Under the pieces are notes generated by a model. The model saw nothing but the letters and a program-made list of their open reading frames with translations. It was not told the DNA's origin and searched no databases. Source: an uncultured Marinoscillum sp. (GTDB taxonomy: Bacteria; Bacteroidota; Bacteroidia; Cytophagales; MED-G16). From it: a DNA stretch of 64,000 bases. The DNA lies in NCBI GenBank assembly GCA_902626505.1, contig CACOFQ010000006.1, positions 1,382 through 65,381 on the forward strand, written 5' to 3'. Each line of letters begins with the position of its first letter. Position 1 is the first letter of the stretch. Positions 40,445-50,453 of the stretch are shown here, piece by piece. The translations under genes and the position numbers were made by a program.

Positions 40445-43161
40445 GTTTTACCTGTACCTATTTCAACGGTTAAAGGAACATCAAATTCAATGATGTTCTC
40501 CATAATTTTTTTTACATTTTTTTCCATTTTATCTTTTTCAGATTTAACAACATCAAAAACCAACTCATCATGTACCTGCATAATCATTTTTGATTTAAGG
40601 TCTTCGGTGCGCATCCAATCAGAAATTTTAATCATAGCCAACTTAATTATATCTGCTGCGCTTCCTTGGATTGGTGAGTTAATCGCATTTCTTTCAGCAA
40701 ACCCTCTTAATGTAAAGTTTCTTGAATCTATATCTCTTAAGTATCGCTTTCTTCCTAATATGGTTTCTACATATTTTTTATCTTTTGCTTTTTTTATAGA
40801 ATTGTCCATGTATTCTTTTACTAATTTGAACTCTGTAAAATAGGAGTCTATTATTTCTTTTGCTTCCGACCTTGGAATATCCAGATTTTGAGATAGTCCA
40901 AATGGAGAAATCCCATAAATTATACCAAAATTAACCTCTTTTGCTCTTCTTCTCATATCCCCTGAAACCTCGTTTAAAGGCACATTAAAAACTTTAGAGG
41001 CTGTAATAGAATGAATGTCTTTTTCCTTTTTAAAGGCGCCAATCATTTCTGGGTCACCACTAAATGCCGCTATTAATCTAAGTTCTATTTGTGAATAATC
41101 TGCAGCCAAAATAAAATCACCGTCATTTCTAGAAATAAAAGCAGACCGAGTTTCCCTTCCTAATGCTGTTCTAATAGGAATGTTTTGTAGGTTTGGCTTA
41201 TTTGAACTTAATCTTCCTGTAGCGGTTACTGCTTGAGCATAGTCTGTGTGAATTAACCTATCAGATAAAGACACCATTTCAGGTAGTGCGTTTATATATG
41301 TAGAAAGAAGTTTCTTGTACTCCCTATATTCTAATATAAGATCAACGATTTTATTTTTTTTTGAAAGCTTTAAAAGAATTTCTTCGCCTGTTGAATATTG
41401 ACCTGACTTTGTTTTTTTAGGGTTTTCATCAATTTTTAATTTTTCAAAAAGAATAAGGCCAAGTTGTTTAGGAGATGAAATATTAAAACTCTCACCTGAA
41501 ATTTCAAAAACCTTAGATTGAGTTTCATCAATTAACTTTGATAACTTCTTTGACATTTGATCTAAAAAATCAATATCTATATTTACCCCATTAGATTCCA
41601 TTGAACACAAAACAAACATTAAAGGAAGCTCAACATCATAAAATAATTTTGATAACTTATTATCTTCTAATTCTTTTTCTAAAATACTTTTTAGAGTAAA
41701 AGTTATATCAGCATCCTCACAAGCATAATAGTAAACTTCTTTTGGGTCTAAGTCTGTCATCTTTTTTTGGTTTACACCAGCCTTTCCAATAATTTCCTCA
41801 ATCGGTATACATTTATGGTTTAAATAATTTTCAGATAAAACATCTAATTTATGGCTAGACTCCGGATTAATTAAATAGTGAGCTAACATCGTGTCAAACA
41901 CATTACCAGAAATGTATATCCCAAATTTTCTTAATACCTGAATGTCGTATTTAAGGTTATGTCCTATTATTTTAACTTCTGGGTTTTCTAAAAATGGTTT
42001 AATTTTATTAATAATACTTTCTGCGTTTTCTAGTGTTGGTATATAATAACCTTCATTTTCTTTGAAGCTTAATGCAATACCTGCTAATTCAGCTTCTTGA
42101 ATATTTAAACTAGACGTTTCGGTATCAACACATAGTGCTTTTTCTGGTTTTAATTTTGCCAAAAAAGCATCTAACTCTTTTTCGGTTATTAGACTGTATT
42201 TTACTTCTTTTTTTTTCTTAGGTTTCTCGTCATTAAAAAAACTCAATTGGCCCTCTTCTTCCAATAAAATCCCCGAAGAAACCATTCTGTTTTTAATGGT
42301 CCTAAATTCCATTTCATCCAAAAGAAAATTAAGGTCTTTACTGTTAGCTTTTTTTATTTTTAAATCATTTAGTTTTATATTCAAAGGAACATCAGTTTTA
42401 ATAATCGCAAGTTCTTTTGACATTAACGCTGATTGAGTATTTTCCTTTATTTTTATACCAACAGAACCTTTTATTTCATTTTTATGATCAATAATTCCTT
42501 CTATACTACCGTATTCTTTTAACAGCTTTTGAGCAGTTTTTGGGCCTACACCTGGGACACCTGGGATGTTGTCTACGCTGTCGCCTTGAAGCCCTAAAAA
42601 GTCTATTACCTGGTCAACTCTTTCAATTTGAAACTTCTGTAAAACCTCATCAACCCCTAAGATATCCACCCCCATACCCATAAATGCAGGTTTATATAAA
42701 AACACGTTGTCTTTTACAAGTTGTGCAAAATCTTTATCAGGAGTCATCATAAAAACCTTAGTGTTATTTTCTTTTGATATCTGATATGACAATGTGCCAA
42801 TTACATCATCCGCTTCAAATCCATCTTTTTCAACAATTTGAATGTTTAGATGGGTAAGGAATTTTTTAATTATAGGAATTGCTACTTGAATATCTTCCGG
42901 TTGTCTTTCTCTATTTGCTTTATATTCTGTAAAAATATCAGACCTAAATGTTGGGGCTTTAGTGTCAAAGGCCACTGCAAAATGAGTTGGTTTCTCTTTA
43001 TTAATTAGCTCTAAGAGCGTATTCAAAAAACCGTAGACAGCACTTGTGTTTAGACCTTTAGAATTAACTATTGGGTTTTTGCTAAATGCAAAGTGGGCCC
43101 TATAAATAAGAGCCATAGCGTCCAATAAAAAAACTTTGTTTATTCCTTCCAATTTTGACAA
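40426..43161 (-). CDS. polA: DNA polymerase I
   Basis: LDAMALIYRA, EADDVIG, GDSVDNIPGV, DTET, TGRLSS, ADYSQIELR, QVHDEL. Confidence 0.98.
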   Translation of the reverse strand: MSKLEGINKVFLLDAMALIYRAHFAFSKNPIVNSKGLNTSAVYGFLNTLLELINKEKPTHFAVAFDTKAPTFRSDIFTEYKANRERQPEDIQVAIPIIKKFLTHLNIQIVEKDGFEADDVIGTLSYQISKENNTKVFMMTPDKDFAQLVKDNVFLYKPAFMGMGVDILGVDEVLQKFQIERVDQVIDFLGLQGDSVDNIPGVPGVGPKTAQKLLKEYGSIEGIIDHKNEIKGSVGIKIKENTQSALMSKELAIIKTDVPLNIKLNDLKIKKANSKDLNFLLDEMEFRTIKNRMVSSGILLEEEGQLSFFNDEKPKKKKEVKYSLITEKELDAFLAKLKPEKALCVDTETSSLNIQEAELAGIALSFKENEGYYIPTLENAESIINKIKPFLENPEVKIIGHNLKYDIQVLRKFGIYISGNVFDTMLAHYLINPESSHKLDVLSENYLNHKCIPIEEIIGKAGVNQKKMTDLDPKEVYYYACEDADITFTLKSILEKELEDNKLSKLFYDVELPLMFVLCSMESNGVNIDIDFLDQMSKKLSKLIDETQSKVFEISGESFNISSPKQLGLILFEKLKIDENPKKTKSGQYSTGEEILLKLSKKNKIVDLILEYREYKKLLSTYINALPEMVSLSDRLIHTDYAQAVTATGRLSSNKPNLQNIPIRTALGRETRSAFISRNDGDFILAADYSQIELRLIAAFSGDPEMIGAFKKEKDIHSITASKVFNVPLNEVSGDMRRRAKEVNFGIIYGISPFGLSQNLDIPRSEAKEIIDSYFTEFKLVKEYMDNSIKKAKDKKYVETILGRKRYLRDIDSRNFTLRGFAERNAINSPIQGSAADIIKLAMIKISDWMRTEDLKSKMIMQVHDELVFDVVKSEKDKMEKNVKKIMENIIEFDVPLTVEIGTGKTWLEAH

Positions 43162-43210
43162 AAAATATAATCAATAAAAACTAATATGTATATTAGATTA
43201 AAAAATTTTA

Positions 43211-44833
43211 ATGAAAAATAAAATTAAATTTTATTTGGGGTTATTTTTCCTTATAACTTCTTCTTTTTTGTTAATTCAAAAAAAGGATATATCTGTAAAT
43301 GATATCAAAAAAGCTTTAAGGTTGTCAGGAGTAACTTTCAATGAAAAAGACATTCAAACTATGGCCCCATATGTGATAAGAAATAAAAATTCTTATGTTA
43401 ATATGAGGGAGTATAATTTAACAAAAGATAATGTGCCTGCCTTTAATTTTTCAGTTAATAACCTGCGATCAAAAAAAACGAAATATACATTTGAGGATAT
43501 TAAAACAAAACTACCAAGTAATAAAAAAGATATTCCCTTTTTAAGTATTGGTGAACTTTCCTATCTAATAAAAAACCAAATAATATCTTCATTAGAACTT
43601 ACCAAAATATATCTTGAAAGAATCAAATTATTTGATAAAAAACTAAATGCATTTATTACCATAACGGAGAAATTAGCTTTAAAACAAGCTGAGAATGCAG
43701 ACGATGAGATCAAAAAAGGTATGTATAGAGGAGAACTTCATGGAATACCATACGCAATAAAAGACCTTGCCTCTTTCCCAAACTATCCAACAACATGGGG
43801 AGCTATGCCTTTTAAAAACCAACAATTTGATGAAAAAGCTTTAGTAATAAAAAAACTAGAAGAAGCTGGCGCTGTAATGCTTGGTAAGTTGTCCTCTGGC
43901 TCATTGGCTAGAGGAGATGTATGGTTTGGAGGCAAAACAAAAAATCCTTGGAATTTAGAACAAGGATCGAGTGGTTCATCTGCTGGCTCTGCGGCTGCTG
44001 TTTCAGCTGGTTTAGTTCCTTATGCTATAGGGACAGAAACCTTAGGGTCAATTATCTCTCCGTCGACCCGGTGTGGAGTTACGGGATTAAGACCTACATA
44101 CTCCTCAGTTCCAACTGATGGCTTTATGACTTTATCTTGGACTATGGATAAGGTTGGTCCTATTGCGAGGTCTCCAAGAGATTGTGCGATTGTTTTTAAT
44201 ACAATAAAAGAAACAAATAATACCAACACGATAAATTTTAATTTTGATCAGAAGATAAATAGTTTAAAAATAGGCTACCTAAAAAGCCTTTTTGATAATG
44301 ATACTTCCCGTTTTTATAACAACAATATTAAAACAATCACCCTAGCTAAAGAACTTTATGATCTTAACCCTATAGAGCTTCCTAAAAACTTTCCTTTTAG
44401 TGTTTTTGATATTATTTTACGGGCTGAAGCTGGCGCTTTTTTTGATTCTTTTTTATTAAAAGGACTTGATTCTTCAATGGTTGAACAAGGTGAAAGATCA
44501 AGAGCTAATTCTCTTAGGCAGTCGAAGTTAATACCAGCTGTTGAGTACATTCAAGCAAACAGGCATAGAAAAATACTTATTGACGAAACAGATGAATTAT
44601 TTAAAAAATATGATTTAATATTATCTCCAAGTTTTGGTAAAAATCAAATGTTAATTACGAACCTAACTGGACACCCTGCTTTATCATTACCTAATGGTTT
44701 TGATGATGAGGGAAGCCCAACTAGTATATCTATTATTGGTAATTATGGTGCAGAGGACAAAATACTATATTTTGCAGAGCTCTTAAATAATATGATAAAG
44801 TTTAATAATAATAAACCACCATTATTCTATTAG
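43211..44833 (+). CDS. Amidase-signature family amidase
   Basis: GIPYAIKD, GSSGSSAGSA, GTETLGSI; N-terminal signal/anchor. Confidence 0.9.
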   Translation: MKNKIKFYLGLFFLITSSFLLIQKKDISVNDIKKALRLSGVTFNEKDIQTMAPYVIRNKNSYVNMREYNLTKDNVPAFNFSVNNLRSKKTKYTFEDIKTKLPSNKKDIPFLSIGELSYLIKNQIISSLELTKIYLERIKLFDKKLNAFITITEKLALKQAENADDEIKKGMYRGELHGIPYAIKDLASFPNYPTTWGAMPFKNQQFDEKALVIKKLEEAGAVMLGKLSSGSLARGDVWFGGKTKNPWNLEQGSSGSSAGSAAAVSAGLVPYAIGTETLGSIISPSTRCGVTGLRPTYSSVPTDGFMTLSWTMDKVGPIARSPRDCAIVFNTIKETNNTNTINFNFDQKINSLKIGYLKSLFDNDTSRFYNNNIKTITLAKELYDLNPIELPKNFPFSVFDIILRAEAGAFFDSFLLKGLDSSMVEQGERSRANSLRQSKLIPAVEYIQANRHRKILIDETDELFKKYDLILSPSFGKNQMLITNLTGHPALSLPNGFDDEGSPTSISIIGNYGAEDKILYFAELLNNMIKFNNNKPPLFY

Positions 44834-44835
44834 TT

Positions 44836-45981
44836 ATGAGATGTCAAAAAAATAAATTTATAATGTCAGGTCGAAAAACTTATTTAAACTGTGCATACAT
44901 GTCTCCAATGCTTAAAAAAGTTGAGAGGGCAGGAATTAAGGGGTTAAAAATAAAACGGTCACCACATAAGCTTCAACCATCTGATTTTTTCACTGGTGTA
45001 AATAATTTAAAAAGACAATTTGGAAATCTTATTAACACAACAGACTATGATAGGATTGTGTTAATTCCTTCCGTTTCATATGGGGTTGGAAACGTAACAA
45101 ACAACATAAAATTAAAAGAATCTGAAAATGTTGTGTTAATTGGAGATCAGTTTCCTAGCAATGTTTATCCTTGGATGTCTCTTACAAAAAAATATAAGGC
45201 TAAATTAAAATTTGTTAACAAGCCAAAAAATTCATCTAAGTGTGGTTTTATGTGGAATGAGGCTGTTCTTAAGTCAATTAATGAAAAAACCAAAGTGGTG
45301 TCAATGGGGATTGTTCATTGGGCTGACGGAACTATATTTGACCTTGAAAAAATAAGAGAAAAAACCAATAAAGTTGGGGCAATGTTAATTGTTGATGGCA
45401 CACAATCAATTGGTACTATGCCTTTTGATTTGAAAAAAGTGAAACCTGATGCGTTAATTTGTGCAGCATATAAATGGTTAATGGGCCCTTATGGTTTTGG
45501 TGTAGCATACTATGGAAATAAATTTGATGATGGACTTCCTATAGAAGAAAGTTGGATAAACAGAAAAAACAGTGAAGATTTTTCCCAATTAATTAATTAC
45601 CAAGAAGAATATGGAGCAGGATCTAAAAGGTACTCTATGGGACAACAAAGTAGTTTTATCAATGTTAACATGTTATCAGCGGGAATAAAACAAATTCAAA
45701 CTTGGGGTGTAGAAAACATATATAATTACATAACCAATATAACAAAACCTTGTTTCGATATGTTAGACAAGTCAAGAGTGTGGTTTGAGGAGGATGAGTA
45801 TAGGGCTTCTCATCTTTTTGGCTTGAGGCCAAAAAAAAACCTAGAAAAAATATTAAAAAAAATAAAAGATAAAAATATTCATATATCATTAAGGGGTGAC
45901 AGCATAAGGGTTTCTCCCTCAGTATATAATAAACAATCTGATATAGAAAGGTTGTTTAAATGTATAGCAGAAAATGCGTAG
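44836..45981 (+). CDS. Aminotransferase class V-fold PLP enzyme
   Basis: YLNCAYMSP, FPSN, DGTQS, YKWLMGPYG, IRVSP. Confidence 0.85.
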   Translation: MRCQKNKFIMSGRKTYLNCAYMSPMLKKVERAGIKGLKIKRSPHKLQPSDFFTGVNNLKRQFGNLINTTDYDRIVLIPSVSYGVGNVTNNIKLKESENVVLIGDQFPSNVYPWMSLTKKYKAKLKFVNKPKNSSKCGFMWNEAVLKSINEKTKVVSMGIVHWADGTIFDLEKIREKTNKVGAMLIVDGTQSIGTMPFDLKKVKPDALICAAYKWLMGPYGFGVAYYGNKFDDGLPIEESWINRKNSEDFSQLINYQEEYGAGSKRYSMGQQSSFINVNMLSAGIKQIQTWGVENIYNYITNITKPCFDMLDKSRVWFEEDEYRASHLFGLRPKKNLEKILKKIKDKNIHISLRGDSIRVSPSVYNKQSDIERLFKCIAENA

Positions 45982-48835
45982 TTTTTTTAAAATATTCTTT
46001 TTATCTGTTTTGTGTTATTCAGTTGGATATTCCCAATTTGAAAAATCTGAATTAGCACCACCAGGAATAAAGTGGTATGAAAAAAGAAGTAAAAACTTTA
46101 TAGTCTATTTCCCTAAAGAATTAGACTCAATTGCAAATTATACCATTTCATTTTTAGAAAATAACATAAACAAATTAAAGCTTAACCCAGAAGATAAAAT
46201 AAGAAAAAGTAGAATAATATTACATAATCAAAATAGTATTCCAAATGCTTTTGTAACATCTAGCCCCAGAAGAAGTGAGTTTTACGTAAATGCAAAAACT
46301 GAATCCCCTCACTTTTTACACAACAACAATTGGGTGGACTTGTTAGCTGTTCATGAATTCAGGCATCTTGTACAAAGAGAGGTAGGATATAATAATTTTT
46401 TTAATAAGATGGTTCATTATTTTTTTGGAGAGAGTCAGTCTTCTTTAATAAGTAGGTCTACTGCACCTAATTGGTATTGGGAAGGTGACGCGGTGTATTT
46501 AGAAACAACTATTGGTGATTATGGAAGAGGAAGAATACCGCGTTTTACTCTAACGACACAAATGAATTTAAATTCAAAAAACAAAATAAAATATGAAAGA
46601 CAAACATTAGGAAGTTTTAAATATAAAACGCCTAATGAATATGAGACGGGTTATTTGATGGTAAAATATCTAAATGAAAAATTCAGTCAAAACACGTTTA
46701 ACAAAATTGTAAAAAAAGCGAATAAGCAATCTTTTTTGCCCGTCCCTTTTTATAGGGCATTAAAAAAAGAAACGAAAGAAAACTATAAAGAAGTTTATAA
46801 AAACAGCTTAGCGTCTCTACCAAAAAAGACAAATTATATAACCAAAAAATCACTTAACAAAAGAAGTAATAATGTGTTTTCTAGTTTAATATATCCAACA
46901 GTAACCGAAAATAAAGATGTTGTTGTTATTAGGCAAGGTTATGGAAGCTATCAAGATTTTAGAGTAATTGACAAAAGTGGAAACATTTCTCTTTTATTCA
47001 CACCAGGAATTGTTAATGATTTTGGAAGAATACCGCTAGCAAAAAACAAAATAGCTTGGTTAGAGTTCGATAAAGACCCTAGGTGGGATAAAAGAGTTTA
47101 TTCGGCTGTTAAAATATTGGACATGAGAACAAAAAAACTTATTAAGAATAAAATTAAAGGTTATTTTTCATCTTTAGATTTATCTCCTGATGGTAAAAAT
47201 TTTGTTGTTTTAGAAAATAATCTAAACGGGTCGCAAAGTTTTGTGATATATGATGTTTTATCTCAAAAAAAAATTAAAGAATATACATTCGGGGCTGGAA
47301 TAATTTCCTCTTTAAAGTACTCAAATAAAGAAAACTTAATTGGAATAAAAACCGCTCAAGGAGAAAAAAGTGTTTTTATTTTTAATTTAAATCTAAATAA
47401 AAAAAACACCCTTTTTTCAACAAAAAAAAATATAGGTTGGCCAACATATCAAAACGAAACCTTAATTTTTTCAACCTCCCACAATGGGTTTGAAGAGATT
47501 TTTATTCATAAAACAAAAACAAAAGAAACATTTATTTTAGATGGGCATAAACTTGGTAGCTACTATCCTTTTTTAACTAATGATAATTCTGAAATATATT
47601 ACTCGTCAATGGGAGAGTTTGGGTTTGATGTTTATAAAGCAAGTGTAGAAACAGAAAATTTACCTGCTAAAACAATTAAACAAAACAAAACAAAAAAAAC
47701 ACCCACAAAATATATTCCCACAAAAAGTTTTCCCACAAAAAAAACAAATAGATTTTTTGAGGCAATAAAACCCACTTCATGGGGAATAAGTGATTATTCC
47801 TTGTCGGAAAAAGGATTAGACTACATAACATTGGGGCTTGATTCTCGTGGATTATTCGGTGACTTATTGTTTGGTGGGGGTTATAGGTTTGATATAAGAG
47901 ATAAAAAAACTGACAAATATTTTAATTTAAGTTATCAAGGGTTTTACCCAATTATAGATTTTTCAATATCATCTTCTAATGACTCTTTCACACAAAATAT
48001 TATATTAAATAATCAAGAAAGTTATGACACGATATACGACGCTAACATAAAATTCAAAACAGAAGATTTTTCAATGGGTGTTAGGGTGCCTTTGTCTTAT
48101 ACTAGAGGAAAATACTTCACTTCATTCTTAGGTAGTCTTAGTTTATATCATGAACGATTCAAAGATTTTTATACAACTTCAATAGGGAGCGCTTCATCAA
48201 AGTTCCCATTGGTTACCACAAGAAATACAAGATCTTATTTTTCGACTTTACTTCTTTATTCTAGAAAATATAAAAAAGGAAAAAGACAAGTGTATAATCG
48301 ATTTGAACAAACTGTGTTAATTGAGGGAAAAAAAACATTAGAAAATAGTGATTATTCTGGTTCATACGTCAGGTCTGATATTTATTTAGCTTTTCCTGGA
48401 TTTAAAAACACCCACTCCGCAAGATTAAAGGCCAGGGTTGAAGCTCAAGAAAAGGTTGATTATTTATTTAGAAATAATATTAATTTTATAACAGGGTATC
48501 AAAATCTTTTTAATTTTTCAAATTTTGTTGGTTGGGGATTAGAGTATGAGCTCCCATTGTTTTATCCTGACTTTGCAATTGGTCCAATTGCATATATTCA
48601 AAGAGTAAGAGGATCTACTTTTTTAAACGGAGGTTCCATAAATGGATTTAGTCAAACCTCACCTAATATTCAAGAAACACCTAAGAGTGCAGGTGTTGGT
48701 TTTACCCTGGATCTTAATTTATTTAGACAATCCTTTCTTTTTGAATTTGGAGTAAAATATGCCTATGTTTTTGATGTTAATGAAGGGTCACAAGGAAGTA
48801 CTATACAGTTGAGTTTAGGAAGTATTACTTTCTAA
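45974..48835 (+). CDS. Large outer-membrane protein: HExxH peptidase-like N-domain, TolB-like propeller, C-terminal beta-barrel
   Basis: Signal peptide; NAFVT, VHEFRH, WYWEGDAV; LDLSPDGK propeller motif; alternating aromatic beta strands, terminal Phe. Confidence 0.6.
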   Translation: MRSFFKIFFLSVLCYSVGYSQFEKSELAPPGIKWYEKRSKNFIVYFPKELDSIANYTISFLENNINKLKLNPEDKIRKSRIILHNQNSIPNAFVTSSPRRSEFYVNAKTESPHFLHNNNWVDLLAVHEFRHLVQREVGYNNFFNKMVHYFFGESQSSLISRSTAPNWYWEGDAVYLETTIGDYGRGRIPRFTLTTQMNLNSKNKIKYERQTLGSFKYKTPNEYETGYLMVKYLNEKFSQNTFNKIVKKANKQSFLPVPFYRALKKETKENYKEVYKNSLASLPKKTNYITKKSLNKRSNNVFSSLIYPTVTENKDVVVIRQGYGSYQDFRVIDKSGNISLLFTPGIVNDFGRIPLAKNKIAWLEFDKDPRWDKRVYSAVKILDMRTKKLIKNKIKGYFSSLDLSPDGKNFVVLENNLNGSQSFVIYDVLSQKKIKEYTFGAGIISSLKYSNKENLIGIKTAQGEKSVFIFNLNLNKKNTLFSTKKNIGWPTYQNETLIFSTSHNGFEEIFIHKTKTKETFILDGHKLGSYYPFLTNDNSEIYYSSMGEFGFDVYKASVETENLPAKTIKQNKTKKTPTKYIPTKSFPTKKTNRFFEAIKPTSWGISDYSLSEKGLDYITLGLDSRGLFGDLLFGGGYRFDIRDKKTDKYFNLSYQGFYPIIDFSISSSNDSFTQNIILNNQESYDTIYDANIKFKTEDFSMGVRVPLSYTRGKYFTSFLGSLSLYHERFKDFYTTSIGSASSKFPLVTTRNTRSYFSTLLLYSRKYKKGKRQVYNRFEQTVLIEGKKTLENSDYSGSYVRSDIYLAFPGFKNTHSARLKARVEAQEKVDYLFRNNINFITGYQNLFNFSNFVGWGLEYELPLFYPDFAIGPIAYIQRVRGSTFLNGGSINGFSQTSPNIQETPKSAGVGFTLDLNLFRQSFLFEFGVKYAYVFDVNEGSQGSTIQLSLGSITF

Positions 48836-48879
48836 TTTTTTAATTATAAAAATTAATTTATAATTTCGAAAAAAAAAAT

Positions 48880-49005
48880 ATGTTCCCTACTAATCCTGCT
48901 GTAACTGATGGTGTTGAATTGTTTGTTTGGATTGTTGTTGTTTTAATAAGTTTTGTTGGGGCTGTTTCAATTATTGATTTTCGAAACGTAAAGAAAAAAG
49001 GTTAA
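48880..49005 (+). CDS. Small single-TM protein, 41 aa (MFPTNPAVTDGVELFVWIVVVLISFVGAVSIIDFRNVKKKG)
   Basis: Below ORF-track cutoff; TAATTTCG -7-like element at 48861-48868, A-rich leader, hydrophobic helix plus basic tail. Confidence 0.6.
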   Translation: MFPTNPAVTDGVELFVWIVVVLISFVGAVSIIDFRNVKKKG

Positions 49006-49109
49006 AAATCTGAGTCTTTCTTGTGGTTGCTAACCTTGCTATTTGGAACAAAGACTGAACAAAGTATCGCTGAAACAAACAACACAATAATTAACATTAA
49101 CATTTCCAT
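49002..49109 (-). CDS. Small hydrophobic protein, 35 aa (MEMLMLIIVLFVSAILCSVFVPNSKVSNHKKDSDF)
   Basis: Below ORF-track cutoff; consensus TATATTTG -7 element at 49124-49131 and A-rich leader. Confidence 0.55.
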   Translation of the reverse strand: MEMLMLIIVLFVSAILCSVFVPNSKVSNHKKDSDF

Positions 49110-49206
49110 AGTTTACTTTTTTGCAAATATACCTAAGGTTTAACTAAAAATATATTCACAACTTTAAAAAGTTTTCTTGTTATTTATATAAGTTTTTTAT
49201 GTAAAA

Positions 49207-49629
49207 TTGTTTGTGCAAAACCCATTTCATTTAGCTTTTCCGGTTAACAATATTGAAGAAACAAAACTATTTTATAAAAAACACCTCAAGTGTAAAATAG
49301 GTCGGGAAGATGTTAAGTGGGTTGATTTTGACTTTTTTGGCCATCAACTTTCTGCTCACTTAAAACCTGATGAATTAAAAAACTCAAAAAAAAACTCAGT
49401 AGATGGTAAAGAGGTTCCTGTTAGACATTTTGGAGTGATATTAGAGTGGGAACAGTGGCACAGCCTTGCTGATGAGCTTCAATTAAACAAAACAGAATTT
49501 ATAATAGAGCCTTATATAAGGTTTAAGGGAGAGGTTGGAGAACAAGCAACTATGTTTTTTTTAGACCCTAGTGGGAACGCTTTAGAGTTTAAATCTTTTA
49601 AGGACCCAAAACAGGTTTTTGCTAAGTGA
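49207..49629 (+). CDS. VOC/glyoxalase family protein
   Basis: [47 protein letters not shown]; start may be GTG 49213. Confidence 0.88.
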   Translation: MFVQNPFHLAFPVNNIEETKLFYKKHLKCKIGREDVKWVDFDFFGHQLSAHLKPDELKNSKKNSVDGKEVPVRHFGVILEWEQWHSLADELQLNKTEFIIEPYIRFKGEVGEQATMFFLDPSGNALEFKSFKDPKQVFAK

Positions 49630-49634
49630 TGGTG

Positions 49635-50384
49635 TTATCTTAAATAGCTCCCAGCGTTTATATCTATAGTAGATCCGGTACTGTGGTCCATTTTTCCTGA
49701 AGAAATTAACGCAACTACCGGAGATATGTCTTTAGGTTCCGTAAGCCTATCGAGTTGAATTCCTTTTTTGACCAATTCTTCTCCGTTTTTTTCTATAAAA
49801 CTTTTTGCCATATCTGTGTTAACAAAACCCGGAGCAATACTAAAAGCTAAAATATTATCCTTTTTCCCAAAAGACCTTGCTATTGTTTTAGTTAAAGAAA
49901 CCAACCCACCTTTAGAACAAGCATAGGAGATAAAATCCTCAACCTCTCCCCTAAATGCTGCTCTAGAGGTTATGTTTATGATCCGCAGTCTTTTCTTAAT
50001 ATTTTCTTTTCTTTTCTTTAAAATAAACTCTTTACAAATTAAAGCTGGGGATTTAAGGTTTGTGTTGATTGTTTTGTCAAACTCATCTGTCCATACTTTT
50101 AAATCATTTTCTATAGGGGAAGATTGAGCAATACCGGCGTTGTTTATAATTGTGTCTGGAACCCCTATGTGTTTGGATGTTTTTTTAAAAAGTTTAATAG
50201 CACCAGACTCTTTAGATAAGTCTGATTTTACGTAGTGTATATTTTCTTTGTTGTTACCAAAATAATTATAGAGTTTTTTATTGTTAGAGTTATAATGAAG
50301 TACAAAAGTATTTTTGGTGTCATAAAGGTCTTTTGCTATTTGTAGGCCTATACCATTAGAGGATCCTGTAATTAATATTTTCAT
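49635..50384 (-). CDS. SDR family NAD(P)-dependent oxidoreductase
   Basis: ITGSSNGIG, NNAG, YACSK, IAPGFVNT; start moved to ATG 50384. Confidence 0.9.
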   Translation of the reverse strand: MKILITGSSNGIGLQIAKDLYDTKNTFVLHYNSNNKKLYNYFGNNKENIHYVKSDLSKESGAIKLFKKTSKHIGVPDTIINNAGIAQSSPIENDLKVWTDEFDKTINTNLKSPALICKEFILKKRKENIKKRLRIINITSRAAFRGEVEDFISYACSKGGLVSLTKTIARSFGKKDNILAFSIAPGFVNTDMAKSFIEKNGEELVKKGIQLDRLTEPKDISPVVALISSGKMDHSTGSTIDINAGSYLR

Positions 50385-50453
50385 TTCTCTCTTTTTTTTG
50401 AACAAAAATATTCTTTTTTGCAAACTAATTTTCATATCATGAGTTAAAATAAC

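Noticed and set aside
47670-47750. Repeated CCCACAAAA and A-rich words
   Set aside because: Encodes a low-complexity Lys/Thr/Pro linker (PTK repeats) inside the CDS; not a CRISPR or regulatory array
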